64,000 bases of DNA from Phoronis australis (taxonomy: Eukaryota; Animalia; Phoronida): assembly GCA_002633005.1 (NCBI GenBank), contig NMRA01000479.1:126317-190316 (forward strand), given 5' to 3'. The notes under the pieces are model-generated. The model searched no databases, had not been told where the DNA came from, and was given only the letters and a program-made list of their open reading frames with translations. This document shows positions 25,115 to 37,400 of this stretch, piece after piece. A program made the position numbers and the translations under genes. Position 1 is the first letter of the stretch, and each line of letters opens with the position of its first letter.

Positions 25115-25370
25115 CTTCAATATTACCTGCCTGGATCCAGCAACTTCAATTTAACTTACCACCAAACCAGTGTTTAAATAATGCTCAATTGTGATTATTG
25201 CAATTATGTTAAGATTAATCAGCTAACTATAACAATCTTTGGGTTAGAAACATACGACAAAGTAAGACTTTTCAGAGTTCAATCAAGCTAACTGCAGAGT
25301 GGTAACTGTTAAAATCTAAATGTCTTGACCAACAAGTATTGTCAAAAAGTGTGCTAAACGGCACAAAGCT

Positions 25371-25436
25371 TCACTTGCGGAAGATTGCCGAAGTCCCAGG
25401 GCCCCGTCGCTGGGCATTGCATATTACACAATGTTC
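25371..25436 (-). CDS. VPS41: VPS41 last exon
   Basis: EHCVICNAQRRGPGTSAIFRK*. Confidence 0.88.
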   Translation of the reverse strand, partial: EHCVICNAQRRGPGTSAIFRK

Positions 25437-28400
25437 CTGAAACGACAAAGAAAGTTACGATAACTGACATCACGCTGAAATTGTGGTGGCCAAATAGTTA
25501 TAGACTACACACATTGATAACAAATGACTGATCCTAAAATGAGATAATATGTCCGACTCCCTATTAATGGCACTATGTAATATGTTGGGACATTTATGCA
25601 TTTTAAAAATCAAATGAATCCAGATTTGAAAAATAAATTTAGTTCAGACATGGCATACAATCGCCTACAGTTTTATACCTGTTTTGGCATGTGCAACAGA
25701 AGGTAGCCCAATTGAAAATATTAAGGCCCATATATCAATTTTACAACTAGGAATAGCTCACGACTGAACAAAAACCATTGCTTTCAAAAACATAAAATGC
25801 AACTGGTTTGTAATTCTATACAAAACAGGCCACACGTACCACATCGTGAGCAGGCAGACAATCCTCGTGAAAGGCATGATGACAATAGAATATGACCACA
25901 TTGCTTGCATGGCGCAGGTCTGAAAAAAAGAAGCAGACTGTATCGCAGGCCACAGTGTGGAAGTACGAAATGAAGGAGTTGACTGTATGACAGGTCACAC
26001 AAAGTGAACATCTGAAATGAAGGAGTAGGCACTATTGCAGGTCGCTAAGAGTGCAGGTCTGAAATGAAGGAATAGACAGTATCACAAGAAGCACAGTATC
26101 GTCAAATCTGACTGCATTCAAGTTCTTTGAGAACTATGAGTAAATACATTTCATGCTTTGCATCCACAAAAAAAGAAAATATTTCCAGAAATTTTCAGCT
26201 TTGAAGACATCATGGCTTAAGCCTTCATCAGTGTGATGTCTTGCCACTAGGTGTCGCTAGGCGTAATCCAGAGTTGTACATACTGCAGAGTCTGTCAGCA
26301 TCATTGTCTCTGTTCATAGGATTATACTGTTTTGAAATCTAAACCGCCTTCCAGCATTCACTACTTGTACAAATTTGCCGTAATTATGCTTTAAAACGCG
26401 TTGTGTCCAAACTACAATGGTTCTGCATGTTTGGAACATGCACGCTTTCACATTTACGTTGTTCAAAGTGATGCTGAAGTGAGACATTGGGTCCTAAACA
26501 GCAATGTCAAACCCTGTATTACGCCCAGTGACACCTAGCTGCAAGACATCACACTGATGAAGCTTCAGCCATGATACCTTCGAAGCCGAAAATTTCTGGT
26601 TATGTTTTCAACTTATCTATGATTGCAAAGCATGAAATGTATTCACTCATGTATGGAATATCGTGATGAACCTATTTAGAGATGTTCAGAGCTACTTTTG
26701 AATATGAGTACCTAAGTCTATCAAGTTATTCGAAAGTGGTGTACTTCAAGTTAATTTCTGAAATTGAATGTTTCAAAAAAGAAAACTTCTGACATTGGCT
26801 TAGATCTAATTCCAAAAATACTCTGAGCATTAAACTCAAAGAAATACTTTGACTTAATTTCTACACACCAATAGATACGCATGGTAAAATCTCACCAATT
26901 TTTAGACAGAATTATTACTATTATTATTATTTTAACATTGTTATGAATACTCAAAATTTTTCAAAACATTGTACTAAAAGGACAACTTGAAAATGGTGTA
27001 GTATTAATTTGACATGACAATGAAAAAGTTAGTTTCACTCGTTTGTCCTGATGTGTTCTAAATTGGTGATATTGTACCTGACACAGACACACCCGAACTG
27101 TGTTCATTCTGACATCAACTCCGACCCTGACATACCAGAACTGAGTTCATTCTGTTATCAAATCAAACACATATCTGAGTTAAGACTCACTGTTGACAAT
27201 AATTTTGCCGCGGCAAGCCTGGCATGTGTGATCTTCAACACGCATTGCTCGCTTCTGTGTGATGACCTGTCTCTCCAACAGGTGGACACAGTCGGCAACA
27301 AGTATCTTACAACATCCCTCCCGTAGTGAAATCTACAACAAAAACAAAGCGAGTAATGACAGTCAGAGTATAAATTTTAAATACAACTGAATAAAAGAAA
27401 CAGTGCAGTCAATGTTCCCATTTCAATTTGATATTTCTACATATTGCTAGAATGAGTTCACAGGACACATGACATTTGACAAGTGAATGTGTAGCTTTTA
27501 CCATCTGATATTTACAAAATTGAAATGCATGAAAACAGTGGCCTAAATCAGTTGTTTTTTTACAGAAGGTGTGATTTGATTGCTCATTTGAAAACACTTG
27601 TATGACTGGTACGGTCAACTCTGCCTTACAACATGTAGAAACATACAGTGACATACCTGCAGGTTGTAATCCTGAAGTATCTTAACTAGAGAGTCCCTGA
27701 GACCATGGATGACCATGCCTTCACGAATTTTACCAATCAGTATTATAGGGTCCACGTCAGTACCAATGTTATGCATCAGACCCTTGATGAAGTCTGGGAA
27801 TAAAACAGTCAAATGGTACAACAGAAATGCTGTATTACATAATTATCAAAAGTATTCTAAGAAAAGGAGTTGTCATGACGACTGGGCAGAAGGGAATTGA
27901 CTCATCTTCATCAGTGCAGGGAATTGACTCATCTTCATCAGTGCAGGGAATTGACTCATCTTCATCAGTGCAGGGAATTGACTCATCTTCATCAGTGCAG
28001 GGAATTGACTCATTTTCATCAGTGCAGCCTACCTTCATGCACGAGAATGAAGGTGAACAAACAGGAAAGTTAGAAAGGAGGCTAAACAATCATGTAATTA
28101 GAATTTTGTTGATATCAAAGTCATTACCATTCATTTAATATGCTGTTAACAGCTGAAGTAGGCGTCACGGCAGGGGAAACAGTATCTTGCCTGATTACGT
28201 TAATGTTCTGTACTACATATACAGTTGAAATTACGTATAATCAAATCAACATATCTGTTGAGAACAAAAAGCGTCCTGTTTTCAAGCTCACAATGCCTAA
28301 GGTATACCATTCTGATAAATAACAAAAAAAATTAAAATGCTTTTTCAAAATATTTTTAAAAATGCTTGACAGTCTGTTTTTTCCTGAAATTTTATAATTT

Positions 28401-31400
28401 TCTGCTTATATTTAAATGATGATGAAGTGATGTACTTGGTCCAATAGTCAACCAACATTTAAATGATGTAGGCTTATTTTTCATCTAATTCCATCTGCCA
28501 GACACATTTTGCCAGAAATCAGGAACAACCTGTTGAAAAATGAAGTTGCAAACTCTACTGCTTTTCATATACAGGCGTAAATATTATGAATGTGGAAGTT
28601 TAACAAATATCTTTAGCAATAGATCACAGAGACATAATAACCCTGAACTGATGTCATCTTGGGCCTTCCAGTACAGAAGATTTTGAATCAAAGTGTTATT
28701 GATATTACTCTTTTGTAACTAAGAGGATTATGCCAATACTATATCCCTAGTTGTCACTGCTTCACTAAAGTCTCTCATTAAAAACCTCAACATGAACAAA
28801 TGACAGTAAGCCTACCTGGCTTGTCAATAGAATAGTTGATGAGATCTGTCCACAACTCGCCGTCATTTTTTTCTTTACAAAAGTCAATGGCTTTGTTAAC
28901 ATCCTTTAGTTCATTGGTGATCAGTTTAAGAGCTTGTTTGGAATCGCCCATTTTATCTGAAAGACAACAATATCACTATATGAAACAAGGTTTATATGCA
29001 AGACCAAAAATGCATTCAATCAACCGTGTTTGAAAAAAGACAAAATACGTTTCTCAGTTTCATTTTTGATCTTAACCCTTATCCTGCTGAGCCTCTATTC
29101 AGACAACTTTCCCTGTGTGCTGAGCTAAGTAGGTCACCACTACTGCTGTGCACTAAGGGCTGTTCCAGCAAAATCGGTATGGGAGGGGGAGAAGGCACTT
29201 TTATTTCGTACCCACCGCCCATATTTTTCATTTATTTCTCCAACCCATGATCCATAATTTTTTAATTATTTTTAATAGGTTAAAATATAAAATCCAACAC
29301 TTGCAAACAAATTGCCTCCAGGAGGACCTGTTAAGAACTTAGATGATTGACAGACAAGAACTAGTTGTCTTGTCCAATATTGTCAAAAACTAAAGTAGCC
29401 TGTGATCAATACTTTTGGCAGCCACCAGGTGTCTCTGTCCACCATGTGTCTATAATTTCAATGAACATTTTTTCAAGTATAAGGATCTATGAATCTCAAA
29501 CTGTGGCTTTTTGTATTGGGATAAGTTAGGATATATGCCAATTGCATTTTTTTGAGACGTAACAGCTGAAGTAACCAACCTGTCAACATTAACAAATGAG
29601 GTCAAAAAAATACCACCCATTTTTAATGCCTCACTTCTTACAGGAACGACCACCCATAATTTGAGTTTTTTTCTGAAGACCACCACCCATGAATTTTTAT
29701 TTCTATTGCCGTCCCCCCCCCTCCCACATGGATTTTACTGGAACAGCCCTAAGCTGTTATGGAGGTCACCCAGACTAATGACCTAACAATTTTAAATTGG
29801 AAATTTGAAGGGGAAATATTAAATTAACAGAAAGGAAGTCAATACAAAACTTGTGCAGAATTTAATGGAGATTTTCACCATGTGTAAGTCTTTATCATAG
29901 CCTTGGTGAAAGTAAACTGATCCACTGTCATCCTCTCCCGTATGGCTCCAGCCATGTAATGAAACTATGTGTCTACACTTACATAAACCTGCCAATATCT
30001 CCCAAACTAGTAATCANNNNNNNNNNNNNNNNNNNNNNNNNNNNNNNNNNNNNNNNNNNNNNNNNNNNNNNNNNNNNNNNNNNNNNNNNNNNNNNNNNNN
30101 NNNNNNNNNNNNNNNNNNNNNNNNNNNNNNNNNNNNNNNNNNNNNNNNNNNNNNNNNNNNNNNNNNNNNNNNNNNNNNNNNNNNNNNNNNNNNNNNNNNN
30201 NNNNNNNNNNNNNNNNNNNNNNNNNNNNNNNNNNNNNNNNNNNNNNNNNNNNNNNNNNNNNNNNNNNNNNNNNNNNNNNNNNNNNNNNNNNNNNNNNNNN
30301 NNNNNNNNNNNNNNNNNNNNNNNNNNNNNNNNNNNNNNNNNNNNNNNNNNNNNNNNNNNNNNNNNNNNNNNNNNNNNNNNNNNNNNNNNNNNNNNNNTGG
30401 TCACATATCTAAACAACATTCCAGGGCTCTTACAATTTCTGAATGAAAATCACTAGTGTCCTGAGGTGAGTGCACTCTCCTAGCGCAGCCCAGCTGTAAC
30501 TTATTATAGTCGATTGAGTACACCCAACGCATTTTAATAGGATAATTGGCATGTCGGCTGACCTCGCCTAGTGCAGGATAAGTGTTAAGTCCTTAGCAAC
30601 GAACCAATGACCCGTCAGACAGCAAAGTAGCCACTGGTTGATGAAGGACACACGAAGGTTACATTTCGTGTAGATTACCAGTGTGTGAACAAATGGACGG
30701 TCTCCAGTGTATGAACAAATGAGTAGAGAATAGTTTACGTGACACGCGATTGCGCTCTCGTGTCACGTCATCCATTTAGGCGTCCTCACGTTAGTACATT
30801 ACATGTATACACAAAACCAGATAAGTGCTGGTGAGTTCTTTTATTTATCTATTTTCTGGCGCACACGTGTATTAGCCGTTATTATTAATTATCACTCATT
30901 GTTTACAGAGAGTTCACTTCACACTATTTACATATTCATTTTTTATGTTTCAGACGGACATTCATCTTGCTCAATATTTATAAGAAATACCCGATGGTTA
31001 TTGTCTACTAAGCGGTCTTCCATGAAAGAACAAATGAGCAGTCTCCAGTGTCTGAACAAATGAGCAGTTTTCAGCATAGGAAAAAAAGGGCGGTCTCCAG
31101 TTTATGAACAAACGAGTGATCTCCAGTGGAGAAACAAATGAACAGTCTCCAGTGTATGAACAAATGAGCGGTCTCCAGATTATAAAAAATGGGCAGTCGC
31201 CAGGGTATTAACAAACGAGTGGACCCCAGTGTATGAACAAATGTACCGTCTCCAGTGTATGAACAAATGGGAAGTCTCGAAAGTTGTCAAGTTTGGTCAA
31301 CTGTTTGTGAGGTAGAACAAGCTGCACACGACTATCTTGCTACATGTCAACTATACTTCTGAGCACAAAATTGGGGCAACACGGAAGGAATCATCATTCT

Positions 31401-34400
31401 CTATTACTGAAGCAAAACTAAATGTCTCGAATTACTTACACGGGGGGGAATTAGAAGCACCGTAACAACAACAACAATGTGAAGCGTTGAAATGCAGCCA
31501 TGGTGTGATACCAGGGGTGTTTATTTGTATCATCAAAATGACTACTTGATAGAACAAAATATGTCAAAGCCATCCGTGGTCATGTCACAGCAATAGAAGT
31601 CGCAGGAAATTTGTCGTCAACCATCCTCTTCACACTAAGAACATATATGCCAATTTTCACAATCATCCTTTGAGTGGTTAGGTTGATAGAGGGGCGGGCA
31701 TCAATGCAGACTAGAAAACAGTAACCCTGGCTCCTAGTTGGCGCAAATATGTTGAATCCATCACAAATTGGGAACATGCTATCTTTTTTAATAGAAAGCC
31801 ATTTACCAAATTTCATAAAAATCCATCAAAGGAACTTCAGAGAATGAGAGCAAAACAGAAAAAGATGAAGTTGCCACTAGGAGTCACAGTGTTCATTGGA
31901 TTGGTCTTCTGTTGTCGTCTTCTGTTGTCAATTTCATACAAAAACACAACCTAAATTTAATAAAGATCCTGCAGAGGGTTTAAGAGAAACAGCTATGGGC
32001 GCAAAAAAACAAAACTGGCACTAAGAGGCGATACAGTAGTCAAAGTTGTCAGAAAATCATCATCAACCGTCCTCTTCACACTACGAAAATTCAACATACA
32101 TGTCAATTTTTCCAGAGTATTTTGCTTGATAGAGGGGCTGACGCCAAAAAACAGATTCGAAAACAGTAAAAACAGCCACTAGATGGTGCAGAATACCTCG
32201 AATCTATCCAAAATCAGAAGGATAGCGTCATTTCATAAATAGATGCCAAATTTCATGAAAATCCGCTGAGGACCTTTGAAGATACAGGCGCTGAGGGCAC
32301 TTTGTACCACAGCCATATTTTTCTAAAATGAAATCCCAAAATCATACGTGTGACTCACCGAGTAAGAAAACTGTTTCTGGTATTAGTTGTCTTTGTTGGC
32401 ACTCCTCCAGCGCCTTCTGTAGGGGAATGTACTGACTAGACATAAGGAAAGAGAGTAACTTGGCAGGGTTGTACTCTGCATACAGTCTGACTTGCCTCTC
32501 ATGGAACTCTTGGCCCATGTGGGGGTCCTTGTGGAACAGACGGTCAAGGTACTATCAAAAAAAGAAATTACAATAAGGTCAATCAAGCCAACAGAAGATG
32601 TATGATGAAAATTACCTTCCAAGATAGTGGCATTAAAACGGCCCTAAACCATGTACTGGTTTTAAAACATTCTTCACAAGCATATTGACTCTACCAAAGC
32701 AAAAGTAAGTTCTTACTTGACATAATAAAATAATGACCTAGATTCCCCTGATGGCCGCAGTCTTACCATACGCACAACAGCCAGTCTTACGACACATACA
32801 ACAGCTGGTTGCAGTCTTACCACATATACAATAGCCCCAGTCTTACCACGCATACAATAAGCACAGTCTTACCACATATACAATAGCCCCAGTCTTACCA
32901 CATATACAATAGCCCCAGTCTTACCACGCATACAATAAGCACAGTCTTACCACAAATAGCAGAATATGAATGTAACAAAGACAAAATCAGACAAGAATTA
33001 CCACATGTAGTAGTTCTGGGGTTTTCTCCAGCTGACGTACAACTTCCTGAATCTATAAATAAACAGTGACCTTTTTAAAGTTTCTACAAACAAAACAATC
33101 TTTAAAATGTGTTAAAACATTTGTACACACTGCAGAGAATGTTCACTTTCCAATAATTAGGTCGTCATTGACTGTAACAATGGTGAGGTGGTGTAGTTGG
33201 CCCAACAATCAACTTCCTGTTTTGTTTTTGCAGTCTCATTCGTGGAACAAAAACAATTACTCAAGTCAGACCATCTACCATATCTCACCGATGTTGCATG
33301 CAAAGTAAATAACAGCCAGCAGTACACTAATCAAACTTGATGTATTTCTATCATCAGTATTAAACTTAAATCAAAGGGAATTTTTCTTTTTACGTGACCA
33401 ACTGCTAAACGTTTGCATGACAAGAATATCTAATAAGCGGCCTGATATTTTTTTCAGCTCTAATGAATAAAGTTTTGATATATTTTTTTTCAGCTCTAAT
33501 GAATAAAGTTTTGATATTTTTTCTCAGCTCTAATGAATAAAGTTTCAACAAAAACTAGCACACCTTGCCAATAAAAATGGGACATTAAAAATACCTTGCC
33601 TAACTAACGCACCCATTTATAAGGTGTAAGGAAGGGGCGACAGGAAACAAAATATTTAAGTACGAGTTAACACTAAAAACACTGACTATCATTTTAACCC
33701 ACTGCCAGTTTATTTGCGTTATCTAACAGTAGAGAACAACTTTTGAGAATTATTGAAGCAAATTGAAATGTATGATGAAAATATGACAAGCGACACATAA
33801 CTCACGGCTATACAATGAATGTGTGCAGTGAACATATGGCAAGCTACACGTAACTCACTGCTATTTTATCTGTGTTGTCCAATAGCAATGAATGTGTGCA
33901 GTGAACATATGGCAAGCTACACATAACTCACTGCTATTTTATCTGTGTTGTCCAATAGCAATGAATGTGTATAGTGAACATATGGCAAGCTACACGTAAC
34001 TCACTGCTATTTTATCTGTGTTGTCCAATAGCAATGAATGTGTATAGTGAACATATGGCAAGCTACACATAACTCACCGCTATTTTATCTGTGTTGTCCA
34101 ATAGCAATGTCACAGCTCGGCTCCTGTCAAACTCCATCAACATAACTATTTTGTCTGTGATAGTGTTGAACAAGTTATGACGGTCAATCAACTCAAACGC
34201 ATCCTTGTGTTTAAGCCTGCAAGCAAATACCTCTCAATTTACACTGTCTTTAAACAAAGAATTATTAACAAGGGAGTATGTGACCAGTTTTAGTGCTTGT
34301 TTAGACTCAAGTTGTATCCAAAAAGATGGCGGCCAATTATACATTACAAGACAGAAGTAATCATACAAACTACTGCTTCTTTGTAGTGATGACTAATTCA

Positions 34401-37400
34401 ACCTGTTCATGGCAAATACGTGTGGTAGTCACTATTATGGCATTCTAACTGCAGGGTGGCTTACTAACTTCACTTCATTCTAACTGCAGGGTGGCTTACT
34501 AACTTCACTTCATTCTAACTGCAGGGTGGCTTACTAACTTCACTTCATTCTAACTGCAGGGTGGCTTACTAACTTCACTTCATTCTAACTGCAGGGTGGC
34601 TTACTAACTTCACTTCATTTTAACTGCAGGGTGGTTTAGCTAAACTTACTAACATCACTGTTATTTTCATTCATTCTTCATCAAGAAAGAAGACTAACCA
34701 GACGATGAATTTGGCTTCCACTTAGCCATCAAAACGGGAATTCATTTTTCAGTCACAATACTTTTAGCTTACACTATACAGTTAAGACTTGATAAGAAAC
34801 AAGTGACTAGAGAAAAGCATGCCTTTTTTGCTGTACTACTTGTTAATGTATTTTTTTTTAAAAATTCGAGTTAACAAGTTTTACTAAAAGCTGTACAGAA
34901 CATTGTGTATGTGTTTCCTGACCATTCTAAGCAGTCCTGCGCAAGGTCTGTTGCTGCAACTTTAAGAAACTACTTACTGTAGATATATAGTGAGAGCTTT
35001 ATCATAGCGCTTCTCATATGTGTATAATTCACCCAAGCATTCATAAAGCATCCGGTTTTGACGGTCACGGTCAATCCGTTCCAACACAGCGTTGATTATG
35101 GTAGGAATGTTGTACAACTCACTTGGCCATTCCTTGACCATTTTCTGAAAGCCCTGAAACAAAAAGCAGACAAACATGATGTAACTAACAAACATCGTTT
35201 CTTGATCTATTTACATCAGCACGATGTTTCAGTCGGTCAATTCTCCGGCCATCTTCAGGTGTTACAATGTCTTCAGAACGTGCACATGTGTATGGTACAC
35301 TCACGGTGGTACATGAGGATTGAATATAAACAGTCCAGAGGTTGGTGTAAATAGACGAAGAGATTATAGAAATGATGTTACCACTTCATCACCTCAAAGT
35401 GGCTTTAAGTTATCTCTCAAACTGTAAGGCAAAATAAACGTAATGGAATCATAAGATGTCCTAATAGGAAGAAAGACACGTAACACAGGAGATTTCTAAA
35501 AAAATGTTTTCCCAATTCAGTTGAAAGTGAGTACAACAGAGATCTTGCAACTGTGATTTTTATTCCATCATTGAACTTGACAATATCATTCTCCAATTAG
35601 CCAAAGTAAGCATTCAAAACCTGACTTTGCATGGACAAACGGCATTTCTCCCATGAGACACTGCATTCTCTTATCGAACAATTGAATGAATGTCTCATGT
35701 GACATTTCTTCAATTGTGCCATGTTACAATACGGATGGAAAAGTTAAATTTAAGACATGTTTTTCCCATGACGATTTTCACAGAAACTTTTAGGAGGTAG
35801 GTGACATTTGGTGTTTAGTGCACAGTCGGTTTAAAACAAAAATATTCAAGGATGACTGTGTGTGAAAGGTACAATTGTAGCAGCAGCAGCAGCAGGAGCA
35901 GGAGCAGCAGCAGCAGCAGCAGCAGGAGCAGGAGCAGCAGCAGTAATACGCTTTATTCACATTAAGACAAAAAATACAATTAATTCAAATTTATGCTTAT
36001 ATGCTTATGGAAACTCTGCGAAGGACCCAAGGGGTCTGCTGACCACGGAGTCACCAGAGTAATAAGAAATAATGCATTTGCCACATGCATTTACCATTCT
36101 ATGTAGTACGGGAGGACTTGAGCAAGTCCTCACAATTTGAAATGTTTCGTTAATTCTTTTGCTAAATTTTCACAAAGCCTCTTAGCGTTAGACCATTAAG
36201 GATGGTAAGTTTACAGATGAGCACAATCATTATGTATTAATTACTTTTTCTGAAACATTGTACTGATAATACAAGTCTGCAAATACATATCTTACATTTT
36301 TTCAAAACTTGTAAAAGCCACATGTGATGAATTTTAAAAACTATTTCACGTAACAGTACAAGATATTAGTTAAGAACGTCTTCATAGATACGCCACCTAC
36401 AGAATTCCGCAATGTTTTGTGTAAAGGATGTGACCAACGACACAAACTTCAGACCTCCTTAATATTTCCAAAGCATCACATATTGGTTTTCATGAAAGCG
36501 AATTATTTCCTGCCAGTTCTGAGTACGACGACAGCAAATTTGACAATAAGCGTTTCTCTGTTTGCAGATTTCAATAAACATTTCGCCATTTTGAGATCTC
36601 AAAGGTGGGTAGTTTGCATATTTCAGCACGTCAAAAATTAGAAAAATTCTTGCTGCAATATCTCCGCTTGAAAGAACACAGAGAATTCTAGCGACCCTTC
36701 ATCTTTAGAACTATCCTAAACTTACAAAATAATTTATAAAAGAAATGTCTGGCAATAACTGTCTTCTAACCCTTCTGACAAAAAGCTGACAGGCACTTAG
36801 GTAACAACCATGTGAAATGCCTCGGTGGTCAACATAATTGCATATTGGCTGTTTTATGGCAGAAGTAAGTAGTACAAACTTTCTGCAAAGCTTACTGAAG
36901 ATCTCCCACATCTCAGTACCTCCTTATGAAAGAATAGGTTTGTGCAGCTTTAATGCATGTTAATTCTACAACTGATATAACCACTGGACATCATAACCAC
37001 TGGACATCATAACCACTGGACATCATAACCACTGGACATCATAACCACTGGACATCATAACCACTGGACATCGTACTCAAAGAGTAATATACTCATACGA
37101 CAGTTCAATTTACAGTTATTAGCACTAGGTTGTCATAAGGGGGGGGGGGGNTACGACCAGATGTAGGGCAACTAACAGATCAGTATAAGCTACTATGTAC
37201 ATGAGAAGTTATCAGCCACCCAAGGGTAGTGAAACGGTAGACGTACCATGTTTTTTTATAGGTACATTGTCAGGCTTTAACATCCAATAAGAAACTCAAG
37301 AATCGCAATGTGAAAGACGGACCCAAAAGCGGGAAGGGGAACATTTTTCCATTTTGCAATCGCTCATAGAGTCACTAGTAAATGTCATTATTGAGTCATG

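Larger units (their letters stand above)
29076..30584. mobile_element. piggyBac-like MITE (TTAA target), spans the assembly gap
   Basis: TTAA|CCCTTATCCTGC ... GCAGGATAAGTG|TTAA (11/12 TIR match). Confidence 0.55.

Noticed and set aside
29959-30456. Long ORFs across poly-X
   Set aside because: Artefacts of the N gap.
35862-36062. Poly-Ala ORF
   Set aside because: Intronic (GCA)n microsatellite.
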